Below are positions 53,558 through 64,000 of a stretch of 64,000 nucleotides of DNA, one piece after another. The translations under genes and the position numbers were made by a program. The stretch spans positions 20,003 through 84,002 of the forward strand of contig NW_021833054.1 in the NCBI RefSeq assembly GCF_006345805.1, in the 5' to 3' direction. How positions within the stretch are numbered: the stretch's first letter is position 1; each line of letters opens with the position of its first letter. The DNA comes from Octopus sinensis (Eukaryota). The notes beneath the pieces were generated by a model. It was not told the DNA's origin, did no database searches, and saw only the letters and a program-made list of their open reading frames with translations.

Positions 53558-53699
53558 AAATATTAAATTTCTAAATATCTCATATACGAGCAAAACGCCC
53601 CCCCCCCCTCCAATGTACGGTGGTGAGTTGTCAAACATTTAAACCAAATTTTCTCAAAACAACTTGTCCGACCGTCCCATAGGCCTCCCCTTTGAGAAA

Positions 53700-54151
53700 C
53701 ACTGATTTAACCTAAACTTGAGACACCAGCAAAAGAAGAAATAAAGATAGACTTTTTTCTATTCCAAAGAAAAACGATTTTATTCACACAAATATGCAAC
53801 CGAAGAGTTTAAACTACCAGTAATGATTGACTGGCTGTTGACTGAGAGAACACAAACATGGTTTATACAGTAAGTTTGGCAGGAAAAAACCGTGCCTTTA
53901 AGCAGTACAAAAACAACAAAAAATGGAAGGTGCAGTTATGTACAGGTTGACGGAAGAAAAGCAGGACAAAAACAGCTTTATCGATCGCATTCTCACCTGG
54001 AATCGATTTCTGCAATTTTTTCAAGACTTATTCATGCCCTGATACCGTTGATATTTACACATCAAATTTGAGCACAATTGGATGGAGGATGCCCGAGATC
54101 CTAGAAGACACACACACAGACAGACAGACAGAACGGATTTTATATAATAGA
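53700..54151 (-). mobile_element. Helitron-type 5' terminal region
   Basis: Minus strand begins A|TCTATTATATAAAATCCGTTCTGTCTGTCTG at 54151; it may be the head of the 48820-51904 Helitron. Confidence 0.45.
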
Positions 54152-54297
54152 TATAGGATGGGCTTCTTTCAGTTTCCGTCTACCAATCCACTCATAAGAC
54201 TTCGGTCAGCCCGAGGCTATAGTAGAAGACACTAGCCCAAGGTGCCATATAAGATACAAAATTTTATATATATATATATATATAATATATATATATA

Positions 54298-55913
54298 TAG
54301 TTGCGGCCAAAATGTTCAGAAAGGCATTGTTTTCGTCAGAAAAGTAGATATAAGTTTTTATTAAAGTTGTTTTATATTCTATAATTTTCACAGACAATAA
54401 ATACGATATTAATTGGTATTGTCTGAGATTTTGGTGTAATTTGAGTGGATAATACAAAAGTTATGGATGATATAGTGATTTACTGCAAAACCCATGGTGG
54501 CCAAAATTATCAGAACGGTTGAAAAAATAACAAAATTATCAAAAAGTGACAGAGAATGCTGGAATTATTTCATATTTAGTGTGAAGCCCTTTAGCTTCAA
54601 TCAAAGTTTGACATTTTTTACTGCATGGGGAAATTAAATTTTCAATTTCTTGCTGGGTGATCTTATTCCATTCTTCCTGAAGGGCATTCCATAATTGCTC
54701 GGTTGTTTTAGGATTTCTGGCTTTCAAACGTTCTCCTAGAATATTCCACATATTTTCAATAGGATTGAGGTCTGGGCTCTGAGCAGGCCAATCCATAACA
54801 ATAACCTTTTCAGCCTTGAGGAACTTCATGACCACCTTAGCCATGTGACATGGGGCGTTGTCCTGCATGAATATGGGTGGTCGCTTAGTTGAATTTCTCA
54901 GCACAGGCAAGACATGATCTTACAAGTTGTTTATAAACTCCTGCATTTACCTTTCCATGTAATCGCAGCAAAGGGCCCACAACATCTGCAGATATCACCC
55001 CCCAAACCATGACACTTCTTCCACCGAATTTAACACTAGTCTTAAGGCATTTAGGCGACAATTTTTCACCTGCTTTTCGACGAACGTACCTTTTCCCATC
55101 TGAGCCAAATAACATAGACTTAGATTCATCACTGAAATGCACCGTTTGCCATTTTTCTTGAGACCACAACACATGTTCGGTTGCAAAGGTAAGACGACAC
55201 TTTTTATTCTTGGAGCTGATCAGTGGCTTCACTGCAGGTGCTCTTGCTTGTAGGTCATGTTCAACTAAAGGACGAGACACAGTTTTTCGAGATAAAGTTT
55301 TCTTCAGTACAATGCTCATTTCCCGAAAAACAGCAGCAGCAGTTTTAAATCTGTCCTTTTTAACCAACTTTACTTCTCTTTTGGTCATTTTTCTTAGCCT
55401 ACCTGTAGACTTTCTTGCTTCACACGAACCACAATCATCGTAGACCTTAAGAATACCGTGAACAACACTTTTTGACTTGTTAACAATCTTTGCAATAGAC
55501 CTAATACTTAAATTATCCTTCTTTCGACGCTTAATAATCTGCTGACGAATTGGTAACGGAGTAAGTGGCATTATATTAACAAAGTACACTGCAGATATTC
55601 TTACTAATGTTTAGTAAACGAACTGTCACGTAATCAAATTCAAAACATTAGAGTTCGACGGTTAAATATACTAAAACATGGAGTAAAAGCAACCGTTCTG
55701 ATCATTTTGGCCGCCGTGGGTTTTGCCGTAAATCACTAAATCATCCATAACTTTTTTATTATCCTCTCAAATTACACCAAAATCTCAGACAATAACAAAT
55801 AATATTGTATTTATTGTCTGTGAAAATTATAGAATATAAAACAACTTTAATAAAAACTTATACCTACTTTTCTGACGAAAACAATGCCTTTCTGAACATT
55901 TTGGCCGCAACTG
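54298..55913 (-). mobile_element. Tc1-family DNA transposon, IR/DR type, full length (1616 bp)
   Basis: 224-bp TIRs (54298-54521, 55690-55913) starting CAGTTGCGGCCAAAAT (first base mutated in the left arm), TA flanks, and an inner direct repeat GGCCAAAAT.ATCAGAA in each TIR. Confidence 0.95.
54539..55571 (-). pseudogene. Tc1 transposase DD34E, one frameshift near 54905
   Basis: HTH region, then FSDESK, KFGGRSVMVWG, QDNAPCH and WPAQSPDLNPIEN (34 residues between the second D and E). Split between ORFs 54885-55589 and 54539-54910. Confidence 0.92.
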
Positions 55914-56859
55914 TATATATAAGGTAAGCTAAGATTCCAAATGGAATTCTCAAGTACTACCTAACAGTAAGTATTTATTCGGTCAACACAACTATGACTA
56001 AAGTAACAAGAACATGATGTTAAAAGCAAAAGATTATTCCGGAATCTAAACAAAGATATTAGTCATTGTTTGTTCTACCTAATTGTTAATTTAATTGGGA
56101 AGGTAAAAGACAAGTTTAAGCAAGTCTCTGGTTTGAGTAGAATATTAGACAATTTTATATCCTTTGCTTTTTCCCTAACTTTGTAATATTCAACTTAGCA
56201 AAGCAGTTAAAGGTCGTATATCATAAACTCAGAAACAGATTCTGTAATAAACTAAAAGAAACAAGATTACCACCTTTCAGTAAGTTTCCACTAGAATTTA
56301 ATCTAACTACTATAATCAAGACTAGTGAGTAGAGGGAAGTTCGTAGTCATTCTGTGTGTCATCATTGTAAATGCTTACATTCTTCAATGCAATATCTCAG
56401 TTAAGTATCAGACAGTTTATTCATATTCTATATCACATGCTGGAGCATCTGCCTTGAAAGGTTTAGTAAAACAAATCAACTCCAGAACTTTTTTTTTAAT
56501 TATTTTTAAAGTCTGGTACTTATCTTATTGGTCTTGTTTGCTGAACAGGGACATAAACAAACCAACCCCAGCTGTCAGGTAACGGTGGAGGAAAAACACA
56601 AACAACACATCTATCTATCTGTCAGTATATCTATCTATCTGTCATATATGATTATATATGATAGGCTTCTATACAGTTTCCATCTACGAAATTCGTATTT
56701 ATTGGCCCAGAGTGGGTAATAGAAGACACTTGCCCAAGGTGATGGGCAGTAGGACTGAACCCAAAATCACATGGTTGCAAAACAAGCTTCTTAATCACAC
56801 AGCCATGCCTGTATGCCTGTGCCTTGTCATTTCTTATCAAGTTGGGATGAGATATGAAG

Positions 56860-57560
56860 GTAGACAACATCTCGGCTAAGTTTTTTGATTCGTTTATCCT
56901 ATGATGTTTTGCAATCACCTGCAAATCTAATAAGATGGAACGTCTCAGAGAATGATATATGCAAATGCGGAAAGGTCGGAACACTGAAACATATTCTTTA
57001 CAACTGTTCATTAACATTGAACAAGTATTCATGGAGACACAACCTAGTCCTTAAGTTTATCTTCAATGCAATAAAGCACCAAATTGATCTCAACATCAGT
57101 GAAAAAAAAAACCGTCGAAAGTACCAACTAGAGATTTCATTACCTTCTTGCGCTCAGGACAGCGGATCCGTTTCAGGAAGAACAACAAACTTCCTGTTTG
57201 CGATAAAAAATGAAGCAGCTATTTGTAGGTGACTGCAGATTTACCAGGGTGCCAAGGACTCTTTCCCATCCTAGTTACGTAAAAACTGGACATTTCAATG
57301 TGGTGTGAAGGAAAGAAAGTTATGAATCTAGTCGAGTTAGCGGTTCCTCATGAAGATAACATGGACACCGCTCAGGTTCGAAAGATTGACCGTTATGTAA
57401 ACCTTCTTGAGGAATGTGAAGACGCAGGCTGGATAGCGGAACATTTTCCAATCGAAGTCGGACGTATAGGGTTTGTTGGACACAGTGTGAGACGATTGTT
57501 GTTATTATTAGGCTGTGGATCGAATCCACTTCATGCATGCAAGATCCACTGCAAGGCCTA
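56860..57560 (+). mobile_element. 3' fragment of an RLE-type non-LTR retrotransposon (Hero/NeSL-like)
   Basis: FLIRLSYDVLQSPANLIRW..CKCGKVGTLKHILYNC..YSWRHNLVL (CCHC knuckle + RHN), then ELAVPHEDN..RKIDRY..GW..IEVGRIGF (restriction-like endonuclease). Confidence 0.8.
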
Positions 57561-57569
57561 ACTCATCGT

Positions 57570-57790
57570 AACGCAAATACCTATTTCTTTATTACCCACA
57601 AGGGGTTAAACACAGAGAGGACAAACAATGACAGACAAACGGATTGAGTCGATTATATCGACTCCAGTGCGTAAACTGGTAGTTAATTTATCGACCCCGA
57701 AAGGATGAAGGGCAAAGTCGATCTCGACGGAATTTGAACTCAGAACATAACGGCAGACGAAATACGGCTACGCATTTCGTCTGCTACCAC
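57570..57790 (-). mobile_element. tRNA-derived SINE (same family as 61796-62211)
   Basis: Reverse complement of the repeated unit in 61796-62211, including box B GAGTTCAAATTCC. Confidence 0.8.
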
Positions 57791-59164
57791 CATGACCGAT
57801 AGGCGAGCCACTGGATTTGGTTAAAAAGAGACGATGAGCGATGACTAGAAGAATATTGGGCTTTATTTAATAACCAGTTGATCTAGTAAGCGGGGCCTCA
57901 TGTCAGTAAGTGGGACCGGTACGCACTGATGCCGTCGAGAGATAGGCCCTGAAACGGCACACATTCCCTCCTGATAACCCCATACACTTGCCGGCTTCCG
58001 GTATGTGGAGTTCTCGACTGGTAGCACTTGGATGTGCAAGTTGTTTGCAAAACGTCTTTTCTTCCTTCAAGTTTGTTTTAAGTTCTTGCCGAGTGTCTTC
58101 CCGGCACCTACAGCAAATAAACTCATTGTGTACATTGATAAGTCATACACCAAATTGTTCAATCCTTACAATAATGACAGCTACGTAACGTCCATTTTGT
58201 TCCGTGTGTCCGAAGCCTTCAGTAATTAAAGGAAAAGAGGTGAATTAAATAGAGAGTGAAAGAAAGAAAGAGATATTGAGAAAGAGAGGAGAGAGAGGGA
58301 AGATAGACAGACAGAGAGACAAGCTGCTGGTGTTAAGGAAAACAGAAGATAAATAGAGAAAGTGAAAGAAATAAAGGAATAGCTCTGTCCACGTATCTCT
58401 CTCTGCCTCATGCTGCCATGTGATCTTTGAATTCTTTTTCCTATCATACTCGCCGATACAAAACGTCTAAAATAGTTTTTACTTTAACGCTTCATGAAAA
58501 CAGCGATTCAAAATGGTGTTTCCAAGAGTTGGTGTAATTCTTAATATTTACCGTTACATGTGGGTACCGTTTCAATAGCTCTGTCAACGTATTCGTTATA
58601 CTTTTTGATGTCCTTTCATTCCTATTTGTGAGTCTCAGATAAAAACAGTGTGTGTGTGTGTCTGTGTGTGCGTGCAAGTATGTATGAGAATGTTTGTGAG
58701 AAAGTTTGGTCATTTTTATACCTCACGCTGTGTAAATAAGAAACCAATTTTGTCATCATAATACAATCGCCTTTCTCAATATTATGTTGTTGTTTTTCCA
58801 TACTATTCTATTTAATTAATAAATATATAATTAATATTTGTCCATGGAAGAGGAACGGTCCAATTATAGAAGACCCGCAAAATGTTTGAGTCAGCAATTA
58901 CGAAGATTGAGGCAAACTCAAGAACAGAAGGAAGAGCAACGTAAAAGGAATACAGAAAGATGGCGTCAGCTCCGTTTAGTGCAGTCACAGGAGCGAAGAA
59001 AGCAAATTTTAGAACAAGATGCTGCTCAGCATAGAAATGCAAGACATCAACTGTCACAAGAGCAACGTGAGCAGATTTGAGAACAAAATGCAGCAAAACA
59101 CAGAAGACATCGGCAAATCAATAATAGGCTGACTCTTATTATAGCTCGACAATATGATATAGAT

Positions 59165-59365
59165 CAGTGGTTTTCAACCAGGGTTCCGCCAGTACAGTCC
59201 AGGGGTTCCGCAAGAAGTTACAAAACTGCTAAAATCAGCAGTAATTTTTAATTCTCCTGTGCAGATATGTGTGCATAAAACTATTAAATTATTGCACAGG
59301 GGTTCCTCGAGCCAGTGGAATGTTTCCTTGAGGTTCCGCTTCAGCAAAAAGTTTGAAAACCATTG
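59165..59365. mobile_element. hAT (Charlie-like) MITE inserted in the Helitron
   Basis: TIRs CAGTGGTTTTCAA / TTGAAAACCATTG; perfect 8-bp TSD ATATAGAT at 59157-59164 and 59366-59373. Confidence 0.9.
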
Positions 59366-60125
59366 ATATAGATGAACTTCTACAGGCTCCCATTGACGTT
59401 GCTCGCCATAGTTGTGGCTTCATTGAAGTACGTTGCCACCACTTCAATGCTTTGATGTTCATTGGAGAGCGTACAGGAGGAACAATCAACAATCCCAGTT
59501 TTGGTATATGCTGTAAATCAGGAATGATAAAAATCGAAAATATCCCTGAGTTACCGAACGAACTTGCTGATCTCTTCCTTTCTAATACTTCTGAAGCAAA
59601 ATATTTCAAATGTAATATTCGAACGTTCAACAGCGCAATGGCAATTTGTTCTATGAAAGTAAATGACACTTCAATACTGAGAGGGATTACAAATTACAGA
59701 TTACGTGGAAATCTTTATAGATTTATTGGAGCTCATAGAAACCATATAGGAACAGTCCTGTCTAGCTTACAAACGTATTTCTATGATCATGAAGAGCAAA
59801 TAAGAAGACAAATGGAAAGAATGCATTTTAACAATGTAAACCAAGCCTTCGATGTAAACATATTTCGAAAAATTCATTCTGCTATGATATCTGCTGGAAA
59901 TACAATTTTTTCTATACGTGCAAGAGCAAATTGACGCTGGAAATATTCCTGCTGATATGTCAGTTGGCTTACATGTGGATAAAAAACCTCATGGGGAACA
60001 CTCCAGGAGATATAATCTACCAACTTCTAATGAGCTTGCTATTCTTATACCAAATAATCTTGATGAGGAAACGAATGGTCGTAACAAAATTCAGAGCAGA
60101 GAATAACCAAAAATCTTTACAAATA

Positions 60126-60521
60126 GCGTAGGAGTGGCTGTGTGGTAAGTAACTTGCTTACCAACTACATGGTTCCGGGTTCAGTCCCACTGCATGGCAC
60201 CTTGGACAAGTGTCTTCTACTATAGACTCGAGCTGATCAAAGCCTTGTGAGTGGATTTAGTAGACGGAAACTGAAAGAAGCCCGTCGTATATATGTATAT
60301 TTACTTATGTGTGTGTATATGTTTGTATGTCTGTGTTTGTCCTACCAACATCGCTTGAGAACCGATGCTGGTGTGATTACGCCCCGTAACTTGTGGCTCG
60401 GCAAAAGAGAACTTAGAATAAGTACTAGGCTTACAAAGAATAAGTCCTGGTGTTGATTTGCTTGACTAAAGGTGGTGCTCCAGCATGGCTACAGACACAT
60501 GACTGAAATAAGTAAAAGAGT
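60126..60521 (+). mobile_element. Full-length tRNA-derived SINE inserted in the Helitron
   Basis: Head GGAGTGGCTGTGTGGTAAG...GGTTCAGTCCC and body GGCACCTTGGACAAGTGTCTTCT; the Helitron frame resumes afterwards. Other copies or fragments lie near 1300-1390, 5750-5900, 11640-11790, 16190-16340, 21830-21990, 54157-54250 and 56650-56810. Confidence 0.85.
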
Positions 60522-61795
60522 AAATATTAAGTGACTCGCATCGATCATACAACACAATGATGTACCCGTGTTTTTTTTTCCTTCTGGCCAAGATGGGCAG
60601 CACCTTGGATAAATGAATGAAAATGGCAACTGTCAAATTTCAATAGTTTAATTTTATTGTTATCGCATCATGAAAAGAACAGGATCTACAAATATATTGC
60701 AATTAGGTCAGCATTTGTTTCAGCAATACTGTGTAGATCAATTTTCCAAAGTACCATCCACCCGTCTACGATATGTTCGTAACAATCAAGCAACCTTAAG
60801 AGCTGATTTATTTAATGGCTTACAAGATGCTATGCTTACAGTGATACTGATCGTACAGGTTGTAAATGTATATTGCCAAGTTCATTTACAGGAAGTCCAT
60901 GATATGTGGCAAAACACTACCAGGATGCAATGGCCATAGTTAGAAAGTTTGGCAAATCTACTTTATTTTTGACTTTTATATGCAACCCGAAATGACATGA
61001 AATAGTTAACGAGCTTTCTGTGAGCCAGACGGCGGTTGAACGACCAGATATCACTACAAGAATATTTAAATTAAAACAACAGCAACTATTGCACGATATT
61101 AGGAGTCCTTGGGAAATTTATTGCTCATGTGAATACAGTGGAATTTCACCTCATTGCCATTTCTTATTCATATGGTAATAAATTGATAAAATTGTTACAG
61201 CTGAACTTCCTAATACTGAAAACCCATTAACGTCATATCTTTATTCTTTGGTGAAGAAGCACCTGATACATGGACCTTGCAGAAAAGAAATTTAAATTCT
61301 CCCTGCATGGTGAATGGTGTTTGCACTAAAAGATATCCAAGAGATTACAGATCACAAACTTTAATTGGAAATGATTCTTATCCACAATGTCGTCACTGAA
61401 ACCCTCGAGATGGTGGCTTCACAACTTCAATGCGTATTGAAAATAGCGAAATTGTTGTTGATAACCGTTATGTAGTTCTTTATAATGCTTGGTTGTTGCA
61501 GAAGTATGAGGTGCATATTAATCTTGAATGGTTTGTATCTATTAAGGCTGTGAAATATCTTACAAGTACATTTTCAAAGGTGATGACTATGCAACAGTTT
61601 TTTTACACAGACAAGAAGATGGCGTGCGTTTTAATGTTGGCAACGAAAATCAAATGGATGAAATTTCGAATTACGAAAATTACCGCTATATTGGAGCGGC
61701 AGAGGCTTATTGGAGATTATATGAGTTTCCAATTCAACAAAGGTAGCCTGCTGTTGAATGCTTGCCGTTACACTTGTCAGATAATTGTGTTCAAT

Positions 61796-62211
61796 ATGGC
61801 GGCGAGCTGGCATCAGCGTTAGCACGCCGGGCGAGATGCTTAGCGGTATTTCGTCTGTCGTTACGTTCTGAGTTCAAATTCCACCGAGGTCGACTTTGCC
61901 TTTCATCCTTTCGGGGTCGATAAATTAAGTACCAGTTACGCACTGGGGTCGATGTAATCGACTTAATACCTATGTCTGTCCTTGTTTGTCCCCTCTGTGT
62001 TTAGCCCCTTGTGGGTAATAAAGAAATAGGTATTTCGTCTGCCGCTACGTTCTGAGTTCAAATTCCGCTGAGGTCGACTTTGCCTTTCATCCTTTCGGGG
62101 TCGATTAGATAAGTACCAGTTACGCACTGGGGTCGACATAATCAACTTAATCCGTTTGTCTGTCCTTGTTTGTCCCCTCTGTGTTTAGCCCCTTGTGGGC
62201 AGTAAAGAAAT
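61796..62211 (+). mobile_element. SINE with tandemly duplicated body, inserted in the Helitron
   Basis: 17-bp TSD AGAT(A/G)ATTGTGTTCAAT at 61779-61795 and 62212-62228; a ~183-bp unit is repeated twice after a short head. Confidence 0.85.
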
Positions 62212-63217
62212 AGATGATTGTGTTCAATCCAAAACATGCACAAGAAGCTTTAGCAAAAAATAGATCGACCAAATTGACAGCATATTTCAAGGTGAATGAA
62301 AAAGATCCCCTTGCAAAAGATATTCTCTATTGTGACTTCCCACAACATTATACTTGGTGTAACAATAATAAAAGTTGGAGGAGAAGAGTTAGACAAAGTG
62401 ACGATATTCCAGAAGCTATTGGTAGAGTGTACTCAGTACATCCATCGCAAGGGGAGCTATTTTATCTTAGACTATTACTTCAACATAAAGCGGGAGCGAC
62501 AAGCTTTGAAAATTTAATCACAATCAACAGTGTTGTTTGCGAAAATTTTAAGCACGCATGTCAAATGATGAATCTATTAGAAAATGATCAAGAATGGGAA
62601 CTTTGTCTAAATGAGGCAAGAACAATATGTTCAGCGAATGATTTACGAAATTTGTTTGTCGGTATTCTTCAGTTTTGCTCTCCATCCAGACCACTAGAAT
62701 TATACATGTTTCGCGAAGATCTTTGCCGAGGTTACTCCCATCAAATGAGACAACACAATTTTTCTAATGAAGCAGCTTTGGATATTGCCCTGAATGATAT
62801 GCTGTGTGAATCGGATCATCGCATGGGTCAGCATAACCGTAGTACAATATTTTTTTGGATTGCCTGCTGCTATTCATGATCTCCGAATGAATAATGTTTG
62901 TTGTGTAGAATATATGTTCAGCATCAAGTATTGAAATGGATGCGTGTATATTAGAAGAATTCTTACAAAGAAGGAGAATAAATTTAAGAACTATATATTT
63001 ACTACATAAAAATATTTTTTATTCATTGGTTGTTGATGAAATATAAACAAAATGTAGAATCTAGTTGAATGAAGTAATCTATGCAGGGAAGTTCAGAAAT
63101 GTAGAAATAACAGCTAAGTGGTAGTTTTCAGTCATGTGATATAGAGAAATAGACAGGCATAGCAACGACGTGAATGGCTCAGAGTCTAGTCGACTAAGAA
63201 GCAAAGAGCAGGGCAAG

Positions 63218-63624
63218 CGGATCTTTTCGGTTTGAACGGCAGTTTTTTAAAATAATTTCCACGTAACTAAACACTTTTAAAATTCGTATACTGGTAGAAT
63301 GTGTTTATAAAACATCTTTTTTTTCTTGGCTTTATTGAGAAAATTCTATAGTTTGTAAGATATTTGTTTTTTTTCTTCAATTTCTGCAATTTCAACCAAT
63401 CAATGATGTCTATTGATGTGAAAACATTCTGTGCCGTATGAATATGTCCCTCGTTTAAGAAACAGACTGGGTTTATTTACATTTCTGAAGAAAAAAAGAT
63501 ACCCTTAATCCTAACCCTAAAACAGATTGAAATGCAATAGATCGATGATACTAGGGTCATCATTATGGGTGACAATTTCATATGACACCGCTAGAAAAAC
63601 TGCCGTTCAAACCGAAAAGATCCG
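63218..63624. mobile_element. MITE with 30-bp TIRs inserted in the Helitron
   Basis: CGGATCTTTTCGGTTTGAACGGCAGTTTTT and its exact reverse complement ending at 63624; TSD not evident. Confidence 0.85.
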
Positions 63625-64000
63625 GGCATTATTAATGGAACGCTAGACATTCTAGAAACTTCCAAGAGAAACGCGAAGCTTCTTGAGTAGTTAAGAATTA
63701 CTTATGAAGCAGAATCTTCCGAGAAACTTATTGAAGGGAGATTACTCTATAACACTGCTTGCAAGATAGATCATTCAACTATTTTAGCTACTACATGTTC
63801 TACTTCATGAAGATGAGATGGATCCAAATGCAGAAGTATTTTTCAATGCTAACATCCATATGTTAAAGAATGACCAAAGAATCATTTTTGAAAATATTCA
63901 ACAGTAAATTGATAGAAATGAAGGTGGTTTGATATTTATTGATGCACCCGGGGGTACTGGCAAAACTTTTCTTCTTAATATATTACTGTCTTATGTGCGC

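Larger units (their letters stand above)
58838..64000 (+). mobile_element. Decayed RepHel Helitron with nested insertions (continues beyond the window)
   Basis: R/Q-rich N-terminus, Zn region CCKSG, EHSRRYNLP, LFQQYCVD, LPSSFTGSP..YQDAMAIVRKFGK..F.CNPK (Rep motif 1), PHCHFLF (HUH, 61149-61169), H.IHGPC, VDNRYVVLYN..HINLE..KYLYKY (Y2 motif), VYSVHPSQGELFYLRLLL, and Walker A DAPGGTGKTF at 63941-63970. Confidence 0.93.

Noticed and set aside
57915-57960. CTGATG...GAAAC motif resembling a ribozyme core
   Set aside because: The core reads CUGAUGC rather than CUGANGA and the intervening sequence does not form stem II.

Overview
AT-rich, repeat-saturated eukaryotic DNA. It is most likely cephalopod (Octopus-like), inferred from the dense (AT)n/(CA)n/(CAT)n microsatellites, tRNA-headed SINEs and (GAT)n-tailed RTE-LINE 3' ends. 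No intact protein-coding gene, rRNA, true tRNA or CRISPR array is supported. The only recognisable host gene is a minus-strand TMUB1/2-like locus (37453-38190, probable upstream exon 47245-47443). It has an acidic linker, a ubiquitin-like domain and C-terminal TM helices, with an in-frame TGA where the family has a Trp. The rest is a layered transposon landscape. It holds two divergently oriented decayed Helitrons (minus 48.8-51.9 kb with an OTU protease domain; plus 58.8-64 kb), a near-complete IR/DR-type Tc1 DD34E element and a mariner fragment. It also holds a non-autonomous Helitron with intact termini, Penelope, RTE, Tx1-like and Hero-like retroelement pieces, an ORF1-only Tx1-like element inside a SINE head, and hAT-, piggyBac-like and unclassified MITEs. 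Family assignments come from motif recognition by eye, not database searches. Most ORFs in the supplied track are microsatellite or TE artefacts.
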